This document shows, in pieces, positions 62,101-64,000 of a DNA stretch of 64,000 bases. Position numbers and translations under genes: made by a program. Source of the DNA: Bacteroidales bacterium (lineage in GTDB: Bacteria > Bacteroidota > Bacteroidia > Bacteroidales > WCHB1-69); the NCBI GenBank assembly GCA_016285085.1, contig JAEEQA010000005.1, forward strand, positions 3,574-67,573. The letters run 5' to 3'. How positions within the stretch are numbered: the first letter of the stretch is position 1; each line of letters begins with the position of its first letter. The notes beneath the pieces were generated by a model that was not told the DNA's origin, searched no databases, and worked only from the letters and a program-made list of their open reading frames with translations.

Positions 62101-62619
62101 GATGACTACCTGATAGGGGAGTGCACCGTTTCTGATGAGCAATTGTACACGCCCTGTGTTTTCGCATGCGAACGTGGGTACAGTGCCAAAGGCTGTTTCA
62201 TTCTTCGGAATGTTGGTTAAGAATGACGCAGAGGGTGTCACGTAAGTGGTGGTGGTGGTCACGGTGGTGGCGGTGTCGATACGGGTGTAAATCGTGTCTC
62301 CTACCCCCTGGACATACTTGCAGACGGCCTGTACACCCGCCTTATAGGTGCTTGCTCTCACGAAAAATTCATTTGAGAAGGAAAGGCTGGTGTCCGAAGA
62401 GTGCTCTTCAATGACGTAGTATTTCACGTCTTCCAAATCCGTGCTGGAGATGTCCAGTGGCTGTCCCGCGCTGTCCACAAGATTGATTTGGATTTTGCAG
62501 TTGTTGTAGCAAGTACCCTGTTCGGTAATCGCATTGATACGAAACTGACAATTGTTCTGTGCATTCAGTGTAAGAATGCACAGAACAAAAAGAAAGAAAA
62601 GCGAATACTTTTTCATCAA
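56197..62619 (-). CDS. Giant secreted multidomain protein (Ig-like repeats, two CUB-like domains, HYR-like domain, C-terminal FISUMP domain)
   Basis: Signal peptide ending NAQ; FRDSGGNEGEY and FYDDGGPDGVY CUB-like starts; repeated DTVC units; DFEGNVYPAIRIGCQCW, GICPEGW and SIRCVK motifs. Confidence 0.82.
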   Translation of the reverse strand: MMKKYSLFFLFVLCILTLNAQNNCQFRINAITEQGTCYNNCKIQINLVDSAGQPLDISSTDLEDVKYYVIEEHSSDTSLSFSNEFFVRASTYKAGVQAVCKYVQGVGDTIYTRIDTATTVTTTTTYVTPSASFLTNIPKNETAFGTVPTFACENTGRVQLLIRNGALPYQVVICDAGLNPIDTVVFTERMYTGSNEQRYDYKDYYSIDGLGAGQYSFIVSDGCGYVMPIVNGRITTVDYPYVEKVCWYNYTGNSADSNVIRIYLEIYADPGFYSTRIPQNIEYRFIYPEIDGVVDTTEWKHPGGPYRYRDRYTYSQHIQTVSCDVYDTVWRARSYCDLRGTITLETRTVGCNGYTHQMTHSFQNNIESLRQMKEDVYGTDSTIAVDSYQDCFIEKAAGTVSYVSMQAVRAGTTNGLTHIVAPSNSCTAGASSYRREYYTGALSWLCTTADGDTVKTGTYYDKRISTREYYPLIVTREEALAFLDTAENMTPYLYFQLVDSKNCPVARDSIRFDFNQRITTTGGEMSARGAMKFSPVYAGMRYSCYNSIKAMTIDPIITVPMQYNDGYMLELIESPYDNFYNFTAQYSHAARSWTIAKEHPECLSEIITNLSNRTIILRDYGLPSGFYVFRSSFPGCTESVVDTFRYLNDYGIRIIPSEMPSYELTNQCSELILRPLSGEFIIREPVLFNGTENVHRDSVDYISRYGALYKIVSGPPGGYPSGRFFAHNIVTLTRPGTYVVRMYADECPSSDSYHIDDTIYFSGGTVEHEYDIAYTCNAASTEGFVRVKSINGTAPYTYNLYSGPDKTGTLLASNQTGRFDNVPVRSGQVVSVESIDQCLASFHVNTTVHDLENLHKCWLGGGVYASEECEGTLVHLNSLNFGDDVIYRWEGPDGFASAARDTSLFLQRGASGGTYKVQFSGTGCGIVEDSISIQVKPAPSVHIADDAIICPGDTVSLTYTSSGVGDVHYTIGHQQPSGTTFQNYTNSSGHSYVPYSEGIFWVHSVQDDNCTYTIPEDTVHITLRTRYASSCMVSALHDTVCQGDDATVHARSSLTPPYTLHWYRDNNHQQLLRSDIISSATDYADFHFFGLTEDTAVYVTAENSEYCESHPQTIFSQMNMAAGNTSIECGKSILFRDSGGNEGEYRNNESVKHTFFSTDNTPITLIFSSFSVESPDKLLVYSGDTTHPDSLIAELTGNLNTRLPAPIVSNGSSMTLWFLSNLYSTSAGWDAQIGSDFETVNAIAKALDSVKVAITSLTPAPFRYNGDVTLQAAASGGRGVLYQYTWETSTDETNWIPALTEATDTSELRLDPLTESLYVRVAVADRSPDACNEKDTAYYYIPVSDIRLSLTLEMDPPQHCSEIYTGKLTVRNAGTGAASEVSVRLRLPQNCAFNDTYRGIYNISNIAPGDSVTFPFNMKLSSLPTSYTTYIPKAQIWSCLYGDAATDVVYGDWDWNGNPRQADEDTAQFFSFPYSYAQPTVIPDTVCYMQTATLSANPIAGISFPQYFNWYDDTHNHLIQSDTLHTAAEMARLSLPNVLNTFTYYVKVDNDSNCLPETTPVKVVYTMPYLPLVTTTNDSICFGKSATISASSDIELPQYYEWWNASLDSVLLCDTVSSGNISLLNFASLTTDTTLYVSVSNRTTCPYRKEAFRKNVTGDFLLNDSKNDQTTIVAYMDSIPFYDDGGPDGVYTAYKTYHHTFVAEEGAQVVLTMDYLNVYTGIGTFAVYDGDSWRARSLGYFSQGFTAPRTFTSTSGKLHVYFNSGTYYRRDGWSGSITTDVEANLTPAKASVYVQPALDTTLFVYSTCPDTVLLSYEGFNNIDISVPGEYVIDSVFTAANGCDSVVRLLLTVTAPSTGLSCPDTVVRGLADGETHVLITASELGIPTTSFTPDTLFNNAPSDGRYPLGDHTVTWSAVNECGDTVTCTQCVRVLPPCNDAVDFEGNVYPAIRIGCQCWTQTNIRSAFYSDGTPVASYSSYNGSDSLRDLYGYLYSWYSAARVPENDDLAVPLLSTDGARTFVQGICPEGWGVPTVEDFEILYFNAGERLALVKEADTRFWVPDTEGATPNSGFNARGGGIYNAALGRYESLMTSAAFWAVDITRNPASTSVVMPAFCDMETDPQQKNYGLSIRCVKNYCGE

Positions 62620-62762
62620 TAATTCATTTTAGTATGGAAGTATCTTGCCTCTTAGAATTTATTGCTTCTAATTTGTATATAATTCATAGTGTCTCCACAT
62701 AGCTCCTCCACTTCTATGTCCGCAACCCGTCCTCACAATCCCTATCTATACCCATTCACAAA

Positions 62763-62879
62763 ATTCCGGTTTCTCGCTGGTAGGAGGCTCTGCAAAACCT
62801 ATTATGACGAGAATACCGGAATATTTATAGCTGTTGGCCATGGTTGTTGCAGATGCGTTATGCGAACGTATCTGCAACA
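62763..62879. other. Two stem-loops directly downstream of the last FISUMP gene
   Basis: attccggtttctcg...cgagaataccggaat (62763-62822); tgttgcagatgcgtt-atgcg-aacgtatctgcaaca (about 62845-62879). Confidence 0.75.
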
Positions 62880-62907
62880 TTTTCATATCTGATTTTCCCC
62901 CATCCCG

Positions 62908-64000
62908 CTAATCTCGCACACAACGGACGGATAACCCGAAGTCCTTGGGGTTGGAGTTCCGGGCCATGCCTGCGTTGTTGTAGTTCAAGCCCCGCATCCA
63001 CACGCTGCCACTGGTGTTGGTGTACTGCGAGGAAGACCAGAAGTAGGCGCCGTTGCCCGCGTAGCCGAAGAAGGTGGTGAAGATGCCAGCAGGCACGGCG
63101 GAAAAACCGGATTCATTGCGTTCCGCATTGGCATAGTTGCCGGCAGCATTCTCCGTGCTGCTGCTTGACCAGTCACAGCCCGTGGAGAGCTTGCCCGCAT
63201 GACTGCCGCGATAGGTAACACTTGCTGTTTCATAGCTTGCCTGCCAATCCGAACCGCTCACTTGACTCTCCATCGCGTTCCACTCCACATCGGTGGGCAC
63301 ATGCCAACCAATAGGACAGACACCTTGATGGTTGCCGGAAGGATTGAAGTTAAAAGAATTGTTGTTGTATGAACCATAGGCCACTTCCACATAGGCTCCC
63401 GGGTTGGCCGTGTCCATGGCCGCACACCAGTTGTAGAAGAGACCGTAACGTTTGGCCTCGTAGGTGGACTGGTCGTTACTGTACCACGCGGCCATCTTGC
63501 TGCCGTAGGAATTAACAGCAGTGACCACAAGGTTGCTCCCTGTCTTGGGCGAGTGCGACACCCGCAGGTTCTCGGCCAGCCAGCACTGGCTGCCAATCTG
63601 AACAACGGGATAAGCGTTTCCGTCGTAGTCCGTCACCGAGGTGATTTTGCCGGAACCGTTGACGGTCTCCAAGCCGTGGTTTGCGCCGCTATGGCCGTTG
63701 CCCGTGTAGGCACTGCCGGTTTGTGCCGCGTGGCTGCCGACATCGCAGGGCTTCACCGTGCGGTCGGCCGCCGTGGAGCCGGGAACGTTCACCGGCATCG
63801 TCACTTTGGCCCTGCAGCCGGAAGAGTTGGTGGCGACAATGTCGTAGATGCCGCTGGCGGTGTAAGTGTTGCTGGTGCTGTTTGCGGTCACCGTGCCGCT
63901 GTATGGCATGCTTCCGTCACCCCAGTCAATGCTGTTGGGGCTGCCGCCCACGGTCCTCACGGTCACAACACCGTCCTTCTCGCACAGGCCGAGAGACACG
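62908..64000 (-). CDS. FISUMP-domain protein with a PKD-like domain (5' end outside window); candidate DGR target
   Basis: IDWGDG..YTASGIY PKD-like motif; DYDGNAYPVVQIGSQCWLAENLR, GVCPIGWHVP, FWSSS and GLSVRCVRD motifs. Confidence 0.88.
   Translation of the reverse strand, partial: VSLGLCEKDGVVTVRTVGGSPNSIDWGDGSMPYSGTVTANSTSNTYTASGIYDIVATNSSGCRAKVTMPVNVPGSTAADRTVKPCDVGSHAAQTGSAYTGNGHSGANHGLETVNGSGKITSVTDYDGNAYPVVQIGSQCWLAENLRVSHSPKTGSNLVVTAVNSYGSKMAAWYSNDQSTYEAKRYGLFYNWCAAMDTANPGAYVEVAYGSYNNNSFNFNPSGNHQGVCPIGWHVPTDVEWNAMESQVSGSDWQASYETASVTYRGSHAGKLSTGCDWSSSSTENAAGNYANAERNESGFSAVPAGIFTTFFGYAGNGAYFWSSSQYTNTSGSVWMRGLNYNNAGMARNSNPKDFGLSVRCVRD

Noticed and set aside
62620-62907. DGR template repeat or integron attC site in the spacer
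   Set aside because: No AAC-rich copy of the variable-like region, and the hairpins lack RYYYAAC/GTTRRRY core sites.

Overview
Chromosomal region of a Bacteroidales-type bacterium: TAnnTTTG promoters, C/G-ending codons in core genes, AT-rich spacers. Housekeeping genes include sppA, sufB, thrS, hutU, DPP III, cdaA, ruvB, mlaE/F-like, glmM, mutL and secE-nusG-rplKAJL-rpoBC. These are mixed with a partial aryl-polyene/flexirubin-type cluster, a HigBA pair, several AT-richer one- or two-gene inserts and three Fib_succ_major (FISUMP) surface-protein genes. I found no tRNA, rRNA, CRISPR array, transposase or reverse transcriptase. Three signals stand out. (1) Several families of small intergenic repeats conserve structure rather than sequence, notably 13 mini-hairpins with C-GN(N)A-G loops whose stems switch between Watson-Crick and tandem G.A pairs, found together with REP-like palindromes and degenerate 7-9-mer runs. 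(2) One FISUMP gene ends in what looks like a DGR variable region followed by hairpins, with no template repeat or RT in view. (3) A REP-like palindrome appears to have been absorbed in frame into a coding sequence. All product calls come from motif recognition by eye and all counts are hand counts.
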